A stretch of DNA of 64,000 nucleotides from Octopus vulgaris (Eukaryota). Position 1 is the stretch's first letter, and each line of letters opens with the position of its first letter. The stretch is taken from the NCBI GenBank assembly GCA_951406725.2, contig OX597826.1:16802001-16866000 (forward strand), given 5' to 3'. Of the stretch, positions 1 to 12,159 are shown piece by piece. A model generated the notes under the pieces. That model made no database searches, was not told the DNA's origin, and was given only the letters and a program-made list of their open reading frames with translations. The translations under genes were made by a program, and so were the position numbers.

Positions 1-658
1 GCATGAAAAGTTGTCATTTTTCAAAGTGGTTTCGCAATTGCATTTACCTTCTTCTTCCGTCCCAAATCTCAACTAAATGGTTCCAAATTTCTTCGCTCCA
101 GTGATGTGGGTCTTTTGTTCCCACACGCACCCAAGGCATTTTTGTACTTCGCTCTCGGGAGCATTTTCCGCCGATGCAACGGTTTGTGACCGTACATCTT
201 GCGATATTTTCTGTCACCTCTGATTGAGGGTTAAGAGCTGCCCTTCTCCCATCCCTTTTAATATTTTTTCTTGCAAATTGTAATTATTCTTCGTCTATGT
301 GGAAGCACTCCATATTTGTCGCCGCTGACATAAATGAAAGACGGGCGATATTTGCATTTTTGTGTTTTATTTCCTCCGTATTGTTGTTGCTGTTGTTGTT
401 GTTGTTGTCGCTGCTGCTGCTGTCACTACTACTGCTGCTTTCAATGCTGCAGCTGCTTTCACTGCTGCTGCTGTTGCTGTTATTGTTCTAATTGCCGATA
501 CCTAAAGTTTTGATATTGCTTAGAGACGAAACATCTTTCGCCATGGTGACGTCATTAAGTTTAAGCCATTCAATGTTGTCATTTCTTCCCTTGTTCCAAA
601 AATTTCTCAAGGTGCGCGTTCCTTTATCGAACATTATGATGACTTCTTTATCCGTCAT
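1..658 (-). mobile_element. Possible decayed ORF1-like region of a non-LTR retrotransposon (L1/Tx1-like), running off the window edge
   Basis: Minus frame from ATG 658 reads MTDKEVIIMFDKGTRTLRNFWNKGRNDNIEWLKL, then a Ser/Asn-rich tract, then KKFGTI*LRFGTEEEG, which resembles RRM-type ORF1 segments. Contains stops and frameshifts. Confidence 0.3.
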
Positions 659-972
659 CTTTAAAAAATTGCAGAAAATTGCGAAATAATTGCTTTTGTC
701 GAAAGTCGTTAAAATAAAAAAAATATTTTGCAGCGCGTATTTCTACACAAAAATACTATCTGCACAATCCAGACAATCTCCGAAATGTTATGGCAACAAT
801 AGAAATTAAAAGACGGGGCCTTAGAAAACCGAAAATATTACAAATACTGTTTCAACTTACAGAAAACCATTTCTGTGACTTCACAGAATGGTGGTGAAAA
901 TAAAGTAATAATAAGAATAACAACAACAACGACAATAATAATAATAATAATTATTATTATTATCATTATTAT

Positions 973-1183
973 GGTTTCAAATTTTGCCACACGGGCAGAA
1001 ATTTGAGGGTAGGGAATGAGTCGATTACATCGATCCCATTGTTCAACGGGTATTTATTTTATCGACCTCGAAATATTGAAACGTAGAGTCGACATCGGCA
1101 GAATTTGAACCCAAAATGTAGCGACAGGCGAAATACCGTCAAGCAGGTCGTTAGTGGCGCTAACGATTCTAACAGCTCACCGC

Positions 1184-1185
<2 letters not shown>
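973..1185 (-). mobile_element. tRNA-derived SINE, family A (Meta-domain-like core), diverged copy
   Basis: Reverse complement has a head with A box (GAGCTGTTAGAATCGTTAGC) and B box (GGGTTCAAATTC), then the GTCGAC..GAGGTCGATAAAAATAAATACC core shared with the other family A copies. Confidence 0.85.
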
Positions 1186-1234
<49 letters not shown>

Positions 1235-1236
<2 letters not shown>

Positions 1237-1718
1237 GATCAAGGCTAATCGACCAGACATAATTGTTAAAGACAGGGAAGAAAATACCTGCAGACTAATA
1301 GAAGTAAGCGTCCCCACTGATAAAAATGTATCTGTCAAGGAATTTGACAAACTTAGTAAATATAAGGACCTGGAAATCGAAATACAGAGGATGTGGAATC
1401 TTAAAACAAAAACTGTTCCTGTTATTGTAGGTGCCCTAGGTATGATAAAAAAGGGATGTCAGAAACACCTAGACAATATCCCTGGAAAACCATGTCTCAA
1501 GGAAATCCAAAAGATTGTGCTAACAAGTACTGCCCACATCCTTAGAAAAACCCTATCAATGTAAATGTCTGTGTTTGCATTACATGGAGATATATCTCTA
1601 CTTCCCCTCCCCAAGCTTTCAGCTATATTTCAACAACTCTTAACCTTCACTTGCCCTAGGGCGCTGGGTGTGCCCCGGCAGGTGATTGCATCAAACATGC
1701 AGATTAAAAGTAAATGAC
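1235..1718 (+). mobile_element. 5'-truncated R4/Dong-clade non-LTR retrotransposon: restriction-like endonuclease C-terminus plus 3' UTR
   Basis: Open frame 1235-1564: NRPDIIVKD...LIEVSVP...EFDKLSKYKDL...PVIVGALG, the PD..E..K..KY RLE motif set. About 150 nt of 3' UTR follows, and (AAT)n flanks both sides. Confidence 0.9.
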
Positions 1719-1780
1719 AATAATAATAATACTAACAATAATAATAATAATAATAATAATAATGATAATAATAATAATAA

Positions 1781-1949
1781 GTTTTGTCTTGGTATAAAAG
1801 ATGGGTTTTGTCTTGGTATAAAAGATGGGCTTTGTCTTGGTATAAAAGATGGGTTTTGTCTTGGTATAAAAGATAAATTTTGTCTTGGTATAAAAGATGG
1901 GTTTTGTCTTGGTATAATATATGGTGTTTTGTCTTGGTATAAAAGATGG
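1781..1949 (+). repeat. 24-bp tandem repeat x7 (GTTTTGTCTTGGTATAAAAGATGG)
   Basis: Seven head-to-tail near-identical units with no spacers. Confidence 0.95.
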
Positions 1950-2405
1950 GCTACAGCAAATATTCTGCTCAATACCACAAATTTGATTGTCAGTTGTTTG
2001 ACATTAACCAGTTGAGCATGTCCCTTGGTGGCTGACGATATGTGCATCTCTGATCATGAGCAGTAGTATTGAGGGAGCATCATAGTCATGTGTTAAGTGG
2101 GGTTCTTTGGGGTTTGAATAATTCACCTCTGGAAACTTGGGTGTTTCGTTCAACATCCTAAAACAACCCTTATTCAGGGACCTTTTGAGCGGGATGGGTT
2201 ACTCGACCAGAAGAAAATTCTAACTGAGCCCCACCTGCAAGGTCATGTGCTGTTTATCTTGATATGAAATCACCATGTCGCGCATATAGGGTTGTGAAGC
2301 ATGTGCCTAGTGTATCCTTATCAGACGGGTAGTCATGATGGGTATACTGGGATTCGTATATTTTACCCCAGTGTCAACTTGATGGTATGCACTGCTCTCT
2401 CACTC
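1781..2405 (+). mobile_element. Non-coding interspersed element embedded in (AAT)n, probably the 3' UTR or a non-autonomous derivative of a microsatellite-targeting retroelement
   Basis: Complex ~625-bp sequence bounded sharply by (AAT)n at 1719-1780 and 2406-2596, with no credible ORF. Confidence 0.55.
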
Positions 2406-2498
2406 AATAATAATAATAATAATAATAACAACAACAACAATAATAATAATAACAATAATAATAATAATAATAATGATATTAATAACAATAATAATAAT

Positions 2499-2596
<98 letters not shown>
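2406..2596. repeat. (AAT)n/(AAC)n microsatellite
   Basis: Directly visible. Confidence 0.98.
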
Positions 2597-2597
<1 letters not shown>

Positions 2598-3177
2598 CCT
2601 TTCTACTAAAGGCACAGAGCCTGAAATCTTGAGGGAAGGGGCCAGTTGATTAGATCACCCTCAGTACGCAATTGGTACTTACTTTATCGACCCTGAAAGT
2701 ATGAAAGGTAAAGTCGACCTCAGCAGAATTTGAACTCAGGACGTATCGGTGGGCGAAATACCTATTTCTTTACTACCCACAAGGGGCTAAACACAGAGAG
2801 AACAAACAAGGACAGACAAACGGATTAAGTCGTTTATATATACCCAAGTGCGTAACTGGTACTTATTTAATCGACCCCGAAAATATGAAAGGCAAAGTCG
2901 ACCTCAGCAAAATTTGAACTCAGGACGTATCGGTGGGTGAAATACCTATTTCTTTACTACCCACAAGGGGCTAAACACAGAGAGGACAAACAAGGACAGA
3001 CGAGCGGATTAAGTCGATTATATCGACCCCAGTGCATAACTGGTACTTATTTAATCGACCCCGAAAGGATGAAAAGCAAAGTCGACCTCAGCGGAATTTG
3101 AACTCAGAACGTAGCGGCAGACGAAATATTGCTAAGCATTCGCCCGGCATGCTAACGTTTCTGCCAGCTCGCCGCCT
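2597..3177 (-). mobile_element. Family A SINE, trimeric form (three cores, ~183-bp period)
   Basis: GTCGACCTCAGC..AATTTGAACTCAG recurs near 2713, 2897 and 3080. There is a single A-box head at the right end. Confidence 0.9.
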
Positions 3178-3178
3178 A

Positions 3179-3305
3179 ATAAAAAAAAAAAAAAGAAGAA
3201 GAAGAAGAAGAAGAAGAAGAAGAAGAACAACAACAACAACAACAACAACAACAAGCAACAACAAGAATGATAAAAAATCGTCGTCGTCATCATCATCATC
3301 ATCAT
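3179..3305. repeat. Compound A/(AAG)n/(AAC)n/(TCG)/(TCA)n microsatellite
   Basis: Directly visible. Confidence 0.95.
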
Positions 3306-4480
3306 GTGCCGATAATTGCATTGCACGAAAGTAAATTCACTATGTACAATCCCAGTATTATTTATGGGTAGTTCATTCGTAAATGCGATAAAGGAATCTG
3401 CATCGTAATATTAGTTGTTGAAGGCAATGGTGTAGAATCACTCCGCAGAACCACAAAAGACAATTATCCCCTAATGACGAGATATCCTGTCCGTATCTCT
3501 TGATCAGCCAGATGCCTGAATCTTCTCTATTTCAGTGGGGCATGCCTTCAACTTAATGGTTCGGCAACTAGATTAGGGGAAGATAATTTGACATAAATCA
3601 CGTGTTTACTACTATAAATAAATGAATTGATAAAGAAAATAATAAAACAAAAGCACTGATAGTCGAGAGCATACTGTAAGACTTCTAGATTTAGGTGATA
3701 AGTGAATAAAAGGGAGAGGTGAATAAAAAATACGAAGTCAATAGAATATACCCAATTCTTCGAAACTATTGAATTAATCAATTATCAAGATCATGAGTTA
3801 ATTATTAGAGCAGTAATTAATCAATCACTTTTTAAAAAAGAACCACTTGTTTATGAGAGATGTGGAATCCAAAGAGATGTTAGCAAGGATTTCGCAATAC
3901 AAAGATTAACATTGATGAAGACACGTTGGCCAATATACAAAACACTGCGTCGCCTAAAACGGGAGTTCTTAACTTTATCATTGCAATCACAGAGGAATTA
4001 CTGATAAAAGCCAAAGAATATAGACAACAGAGTATTAAATACCAAAATAACTAAGTAATAGCGATTGAAGAAGTGTAAATACCAAAAGGTAATCTTAACA
4101 TGGAGGTTGTGTTAGAACACAGAATACTACGTTAACGCTCCCTTAAGTACTCGTGCTGCATAAAAGCGCTTGTCATTATATCGTAGACGGACAAGTATCG
4201 TCTTTTCAAGTCATAATCCAAGCAGTAAGGGGAGGATCTGGTGACACAGCTCAGTCGAGTAAGATGTTCTGTTTTAGGTATTAGTAAGGAAATTGAATAT
4301 TGATACCATCAGACTTTGAATTATTAAGGTGCATGAGATTACAATATAAGAAAAGAAAAGGGTAATATTTGCATCTAAGCAATGAAAACAGGAATGAGAT
4401 GAAATGAAACGAAATGAATGGGAAAGAAAGAAAAGAATGGGTGTAATTGAGACCAACTGCAACAATTCTTCAATAAGATG

Positions 4481-4640
4481 TAGGTGTGGCCGTGTGGAAG
4501 GTAGTTTGATACTCATTCACATGCTTATGCATCCAAGTTAGAGGATTTGGTTGACGGAGACCGAAAGAAGTTTGTCCTATACACACACACACGCAATTAT
4601 ATATAGTATGTACGTATATGTCTGTGCGTGTTTGTCTGTG
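4481..4640 (+). mobile_element. Highly decayed family B SINE 5' part
   Basis: GGTGTGGCCGTGTGGAAG head and GGATTTGGTTGACGGAGACCGAAAGAAG, matching the intact copy at 48815. Confidence 0.55.
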
Positions 4641-4649
4641 AGATTTTCA

Positions 4650-6060
4650 CTACCTGTGACTCTGGTATTGCAGTGCCTTCGGGTCCGGTACATGCAAGCA
4701 GTAGTGCATTCGTGAGTTGATAGTGCAGTGCTTGAAATTGTCCGGCATTAAACTGCATATTGTATTTTTCGGCTCAATCGCATATCAAATTCAGGTCCCG
4801 TCATCTTGGTTTCTTGTTGCCTGTGATAATTTTGTACCATCGGCATAGCTTGTGACAGTGGCTGTCCGAGTGACCGTGGGCATGCATGTCTAAGAAGGCT
4901 ATTATGAACTGTAATGTTCCCAGACCAGTCCCCTGGAGGACGCTACTTAGGAGTTGAGTTTCCTGATTTCTGTCTTTAAGGAAGTCATGCAGCTACTCAC
5001 CCAGTTTACCAGCAATGCCAAGGTCTCGTAGCTTATGACATATCATGCCGTGATCTACATTGTCAAATGCCTTTGCAAAGTCATGTTATATCACACTGAA
5101 ATCTGAATGGTCAATCAGCTGTTTCAAAACCCAGCAATAGTGCATGCTGTAGGAGTTGTGTGAGGCAGCTACTTCCTGGAGGGAAGCCATGCTGTGTATT
5201 GTTCAGCAGGTAATTCTCTTTTAGAAACATTATCAACTTCTTTTTGAGGATTCGCTTCATGACTTTACAGACGTGAAATCAGGGGGTTAGCCTGTATTTT
5301 TTGGCATCTGTTCTGCTTCCGCCTTTGTGGATAGGGCATATAATGCCTTCTTTCAGCTTTTTAGAATGTTTACCACTTGCAAGGAAACTTTGGAAAAGTA
5401 TCTGAAAAGGTTTCGCTAAAGCCTGCTTACATGACTTCAAGAGAATACCTGGGAAGCCATCAGGACCAATTGCCGATCATTTCATCTGTAGTCGCTATTA
5501 CATCTGTCCCCTCAATGTTTATGTAACTGATGGTTGGCGCCTCCTTTTTAGAGCTGCAATATTAAAGACTGGGTCCCCAGTCAGTGAGTAATTCCCCTGG
5601 AACAATGGTCCTATTTTATATTGTACTAGCACTATGACCCGGCAATGCCGAGTCATAGTGCTAGTACATGCATATACAGCTGCGTGCGTGCGCACATACA
5701 TGCGAGTACTGTCCAAATCTCCGACCAATCACATACAGCTAGCTGGCATTCAATTGGCGTATCAAGTTTCGAGCATTTTGATTGGGTTTTGGATAGAAAA
5801 TTCACAAAAAAGTCAATTCTATTGATTTTTTAATGGCTTTGCGGGGTGACTGGAGAAATGTAAAGATGTGCACGACCACCCTTGGACGGTTTTGAATGAC
5901 CATAGAAAGTGCGAGCCCTCTAATTAAAAAATTGTGGATTTGTATAAAGGACACATGCGCAGACATTTTGCCGTTTATATATAGAGAGATTATGACTGTT
6001 TCCTTAGCGCATTTGTAGAAAGCTTCGGGATTTGTTTTTAATGCTTTCCATGGCATATAT
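4650..6060 (-). mobile_element. Decayed CR1-clade LINE ORF2 (reverse transcriptase), interrupted by a Helitron
   Basis: Minus-strand motifs KTNPEAFYKCAK, YKIGPL, NNTQHGF..GSSCLTQLL, DFAKAFDNVDHG and SVLQGTGLG, in CR1 RT order. Confidence 0.85.
5626..5989 (-). mobile_element. Non-autonomous Helitron (364 bp)
   Basis: Minus strand begins TC(TCTCTATATATAAA), ends with a GC-rich hairpin then CTAG, and sits between host A and T with no TSD. Removing it restores the CR1 frame KETVI|IQYKIGPL. Confidence 0.9.
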
Positions 6061-6067
6061 GTACATA

Positions 6068-8000
6068 ATCTTACAATAAAAACCAAGACTCTTGTGAATA
6101 GCTACCCAGTCATTCCTGATCGGAATAATAGTATTTATTCTGTCAATTATCAAGCTGAAAGCAAGACAGTTTATCAGCTGAATTTTTTAGGTAAATAAGG
6201 TTTCAACATAATGAAACGAAGTGTATGGTAATTAAACTGGCTAAGAATAAACTAGATTTAGCAAATAAACAAAAATATTACGAAACATTAATAATAAAGT
6301 TAAGGAATCATCAAACTCGTTGATATGGACTAACAGTTTTTCGGTCATATTTCGATTCAAATCCACCTGCAATAAAAATTAAGTGAAATTCACATAATTT
6401 GATATTACGCATTTTTACCCATTAATATATGAGCCGCTCCTATATAACCACAAACGAGAAAAGAAATACAGCTCATTAAGCGCTCACGTATGGCATTGTT
6501 ATTCAGTAACGGATCTATTTGGACAAAAAAAGATAATTAAAGCGCACTATTTGATGTTCCAATGTGTTTATATGATAGCGCGGCTATATGCGCTTTAGTT
6601 GGTTTATATATATTAAAATATCTTAATTCGAAATTACCCGGCTATAGCATCGGTATATACCGCAATAATGGTTTAGCATTATTACAGAATTGTGATAGCA
6701 ATGCAATGGATTCCTTTTGAAAGTAATTAATTTCTACCTTCAGCTCTTTAGAACTTAAATTATCTATCGATGCCAATCTATTTGTAACTGACATTAGATG
6801 TTTCCTTTCATCACAAAATTAATTCTCATGAGCCCTTCTATAAGCCTAAAGAGAACCTTAAATGTATTAATGAAGACTCCTGTCACCCACCTATTGTCCT
6901 TAAAAACTCATTTCCAAATATTAACCGTAGGATCACATGCCTTTCTTTTTCCAAAGAAATAGTCGAAAAGGCTGCCCTTTATTATATAAATGCCCTACAG
7001 GATAGCGGCTTTACTGATAAAAACTTCCACAACCCCACTCACATATGTCATATAGTCGTAAGAATATGTCTCAGAAAGTTTTATGGTTTGTCCGCCCCGC
7101 TTTCTCCCTTAATGTTAGGATAAATGTAGGTAGAAAATTCTTGCACTTAATGCATATCCACTTCTCTAGAAACCACAGATACAATAAAATCTTTAAAAGA
7201 CACAATAAAAGTTATCTTTTCTTGCCCTCCTAATGTTAAGTCATATATCAGTAAGCAACAGATGACTCAAGCCTTCTACGGATGCACATGTATAGACAAA
7301 TCTAAATGTCCTCTAGAATAGGAGTGTGATGTATCTTTCGTTGTTTATAAAGAACAGGTTTCAGTCAACTATGACAATGGTAGTACAAATGTCAAACGTT
7401 AAATCGGAGCCGTGGAGGGAAAATTCAAATCTAGATATAACAACCATCTGTCAGATTTTGGTATCGTGATGAGATGCATTCAACTACCCTTTCGGCTTTA
7501 ATCTAGAAAATTAAGCACGAAGGGACTAATTTCGATATCAAATGGATCTAAATTCTCTAAATTCGTATCCTATATTAATGGGTCTACAAACTGTTCAGTC
7601 TATTCGATTGAAAAACTCTATAAAAAACTTGAAAACCTCCAGGAACAAATACTTGAATTCTTTATGTACACATTAAAAAAAATACGTCTCGTCGGAATTT
7701 AAAATAGGCCACTGAATACTTAGTAAACCATTAACGTCTGGTTCCGTCTACTTGGCATCGAATTATTGTAACATCTGTTATTCTCCTTGTACTTTTCTGG
7801 TTTATAAGCGTGACTTATAAACAAGAAAAACACAACTTAAAAACTGTCTTGCTTTCAGCTGGATAAATGGCGGAATAAATTATTTCGACCAGGAAACCCT
7901 GAGTAGCTATTTGCAAGATTGGTGCGTTTTATTTTAAGATTATCTTTACTCTGTTATCTGATCGACTGCTTTCTTACTTGTTTGAAGCATTACCGCATAG
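6068..8000 (+). mobile_element. Decayed Penelope-like element (RT plus C-terminal GIY-YIG) with an inverted terminal segment
   Basis: FDVPMCLYDSAAICALVGLYIL...GIYRNNGL (FDVTMGSYDGAE..LVG..GLYRDDG type), CTC...KCPL..C...VVYK, IGAVEGKFKSRYNNH. Segment 6068-6172 is the reverse complement of ~7841-7942. Confidence 0.85.
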
Positions 8001-8009
8001 TTTGTATGT

Positions 8010-8230
8010 TCTTTTATTATTTTACTTGTTTCCTTCATTTGACTACGCCCTTGCTGGAGCACCACCTTTTAGTCGAATAAATCAAACTCAGAACTTATTC
8101 TTCGTAAGCCTGGTACTTATTCTATATGCTAATTTCGCTTTTACCGGACCGCTAAATTGCAGGAACGTAAACACACTAACATCGGTCCTGAACCGATGGT
8201 AGGGTGGAGTAAACACAGACACAAAGACAC
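8010..8230 (-). mobile_element. Family B SINE, 3' half
   Basis: GCTGGAGCACCACCTTTAGTCGA..TACTTATTCTAT..GTAAACACAC matches the other family B copies. Confidence 0.85.
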
Positions 8231-8238
8231 ATAAGTAT

Positions 8239-8330
<92 letters not shown>

Positions 8331-8334
8331 GAGA

Positions 8335-9346
8335 ATTCATTTTTTCTAAAATGCACCATAAATGTTCATTAATATTGAGATCCTGGGACTGTGGTGGCCA
8401 GATAAGATGTTCAGCTTCACTAGAACTTTCCTTGTGCCATTCATTAAACAACTTTAGGTGTGTGAATTCGTGCATTATCATCCTGAAAGACTTCGTTCCC
8501 CTCCAGAAATAGTTCCGTCATCATAGGATGAATTTGATCAAATAAAATGCGTAAATAGTCTTGACTATCAATTCTGCCATGAAAGGAAACTATTGGGCCG
8601 GCGGATTTCCAAGATATAACCCCCACACACACATACACACACACACCGATCATCACAGATGGTCCTCCATGTTTAACAGTTGAAAGAAGGTAGTCTGGGT
8701 CAAATGCTTCTTCTGGCTGTCTCCATATGTATACTCGGCAGGTGATCGGAAATAAGGTAAAGGATGACTCGTCCGAGAAAATAACATTCTTCCACTGCTG
8801 TAGAGATCAATTCTGTAGGTTTTTACTCCACTCTAAATGCTTTGCAACGTTTGTTTTTGAAAGTAGTGGTTTTCTGTTTGCAGCTCTCCCGTGAAATCCG
8901 GATTTGTGCAGCTCCCGGTGAACAATCTTTGTTAAAACTGGGTTCTTCAGGAGGTCATTAAGCCCTGCAGTAATTTTGGGAGCTGTACTTTTGTGATCCT
9001 TTCTAGCAATTTGCGTAAGAATCCTACAGTCCCTAATAGAAAGTTTTCCCTCTTTCTCAAAGGCCGTCAATACCTTCGAGATACGCTAAACATTTCGTCT
9101 GTTTTCGTTACGCTAGCACCTGCCATACGAACACCAACGACTCGACCTCTAAGTCCGATAGATCTGTCATTCTAATGAATTTCATAACCTTTTACTGATG
9201 ATATCTGAAAAGAAACAGCAATTTTAGCAAAACATATTAAGCTGCATTAACAATAAATCAAGAAATCATAACAATAAACAAGCTTTTGACGGTTTCACAG
9301 ATATTTCAAAATTACGATACAATGATGCTTCGTGTCCAAACCCTGT
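8335..9346 (-). mobile_element. Decayed Tc1-type (DD34E) transposon
   Basis: Minus motifs GASVTKT.EMFSVSR, RELHKSGFHGRAANRKPLL, VIFSDESSF, GVISWKSAGP, FQDDNARIHT and WPPQSQDLNINEHLW. Frameshifted. Confidence 0.9.
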
Positions 9347-10885
9347 CTATATGCAAGTGAGTGTATCTATCATGTTCTTCTTTTTTACTGTATTGGAGGC
9401 GACGAATTCTTTTCCGAGCATGTATGTGGCTGTGTATTCGTTTTCAAGAACGCGGAAATGGATTTGACCCTGTCGTAGACCGCTGGTAGGACAACATTTC
9501 TTCTCCTTCTAACGCATCGTTTATTCAAGATGTTACCTTAGAATAAATACCGGTGTAATTGATATGTCGACTGTGTTTGTCCATAATAGACATATACTAT
9601 CGACATTCGTATCTAGCTATTTTATATACTTATTTTAATCTAATATTTATTTTTGATTAGTAAAATTTAGAACCGAAATTATTCAATTCATCAACGCTAA
9701 AACAACTACTACTTATATCTATTTCCTCATTTACTTGATATAATGTAATAATTTTTGTGTCTAAATCTAAGCTTTTAATTTATATATGTGAATACGATTT
9801 TTAAGACGACCATCACCGAATTTTTTTTTCCTCATTCAAAGTTGGAAGAAGAAAATGCATGACCGTCTTCAGGACTAGCATAACTGAGAAAAGAAACAAA
9901 AAAAGAACAGGAAAGGTTACTCTGACCCCGAAGATAAGACCTGAATACTTCGAACCGAGTGGGTGGAAAGGTGTCGCTATGGCAGTTAATGCTTAGGAAT
10001 TGTAAAGTTATTACTTGATGTGTATTTGTTGTATTTATTTTAAGACACGAGACAAGTAAATGAAAAGTTGACCCTCTGCTAATTCGAACTAAGAACGTAT
10101 GACGATGCATTTTGTCGGAAGCTTCACCGATTCTACTTTTCTGATGATTCATGTGAGATGATTCTTCAATATATATATAAAAGAGAGACAAAGAACAATA
10201 GTCACGTATGTTTATTCATGACGGCTAAAATATTCATGTTATGACAAGATTATTATTATCGATATATTTTGGCTGTGTTTGGAGAAATATTTTCTTTATT
10301 AAGCAACAGACAGAAATATTTTTCTGCTGAAAGTGACCTATTTCAACCACCTTTATTTTCTTCATTGCACTATATTATTTATATTAGCATAATTCTTTAT
10401 GTCCACCACCAAACGCTTTGTTACAACGCCGCAGGTTTTATATATATTGCTGAGACATAAAATCAGCATAGTTTCCATTTCATCATAAAAGAGTGACAAC
10501 CAAAATAATAAATACATGTCGACTAAACCATCAAAAGTTACTATTTAATTATCTACTATGTACAATAGTGGATTGAAGAATACAGGAAAATGTGCCTTAT
10601 CAGTTGGTAAGATGTTGGTATATTTAATATTTTTGTTGAAATTCGACACACGCATCGGTCAGGAATTGTGCATAATTTTCTCGCAGGAAAGTATCACAAT
10701 TTGTGTGTTATCGTTTTTTCATCTTTGTTACGGAGATTTTATAACTACCAGGGCAAACGCATTTAGTATATTGAGTTGTTAAAATTCGCAATATAAATAT
10801 ATTCGTGCTTAGTAATATCAATGCATGCATGAGTGTAAGTAGAAAAAATCCAATTACATGTATAGAAATATTTAAATACATATAT

Positions 10886-11192
<307 letters not shown>

Positions 11193-11209
11193 TTATATGA
11201 TATACCTGT

Positions 11210-11490
11210 AGGAAAGCACATGGTTCAGTGGTTAGAGCATTGGACGCACCATAGTGAGTTCGATTCCGGGACCGGACTGTGAGTTGTGTTCTTGTCCATG
11301 ACACTTTACTTCACGTTGCTCAATTTCACCCGGCTACAGGATCGGATTGCGAGGTCACTCATCCGAAGCTGTATCGGCTTTTGCCTTTCACTTGGATAAT
11401 ATCTGCACCGTGGAGAGGGGAGGCTGATATGCATAGGCGACTGTTTGTCTTCCATAATCAGCCTTTTCCGGGTTTTGCTTTGAGAATGCA
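11210..11490 (+). mobile_element. tRNA-derived SINE, family C (V-domain-like)
   Basis: A box TGGTTCAGTGGTTAGAGC and B box GAGTTCGATTCC, then GTTGTGTTCTTG..GACACTTTACTTCACGTTGCTC resembling the V-SINE core. Confidence 0.7.
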
Positions 11491-12159
11491 TGAAATAATA
11501 TTGCAAACTATCTATCGATACGTGAAATTTCGTGTCCTAGTCACCAGGGTATTGTACTGATGATCTTTAGGTCGTGTTTCGATCCCCCAGACCGGCTGAT
11601 GCGTTATGTTTTCGAGCTAAACACTTAATTTCCCGTTGCTTCTGTCCATTTTGTTGTAAAAAAGCAACGTACAGCGTCCTGTTCCTATCACTTAAATGAC
11701 ACAGAAATCTAGAAACCAGGTAACCGGTCTAATGAGTCTTAGGGCTCAACACAGAACTAATCAATCAATGCGCTATCAATTCTACCAACTCACCGCTAGG
11801 AAATGCCATCTACCCAAAAGCAATTGCTTGGTTAATACCTAGTACTGACTATGGTAAATTACCCAAAAACCATTGGTCTACTGGTGCTACTAACGCCGAG
11901 AAGGGTGTAGTAAATTCCCTCGCTCACAGTATATGTTGAACACAGATCATTAATCGATAACCAGCTGCAAAAGTTGTTTCGCTGGGGTTAAAAATTAGCA
12001 ACATGATCCTACGCAGGACTGCCACTTTATGTTGGCAAATACATTTTACTGAGAAATAGGTCGTTGTACATGAAATAGGTCTTCTAGATAGGAATTTATG
12101 TCAAGAATTATTATGAACACACATCTGCGCGCTACTATATTACAAAAGGAATTTTCACG

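Noticed and set aside
1154-1234. N-terminus of the 136-aa ORF as a signal or transmembrane segment
   Set aside because: The poly-Ile is the (AAT)n target; real coding similarity starts at about 1235.
1781-1949. 24-bp repeats as a CRISPR array
   Set aside because: Units are contiguous with no spacers, there are no cas genes, and the context is eukaryotic.
7270-7350. Selenocysteine recoding in the PLE Cys-rich linker
   Set aside because: The in-frame stop there is TAG, not TGA, and the element has many other disruptions.
9801-9873. 13-bp inverted repeat containing CTGAAGA
   Set aside because: The core motif is itself paired and no GAAA follows, so it is not a hammerhead.
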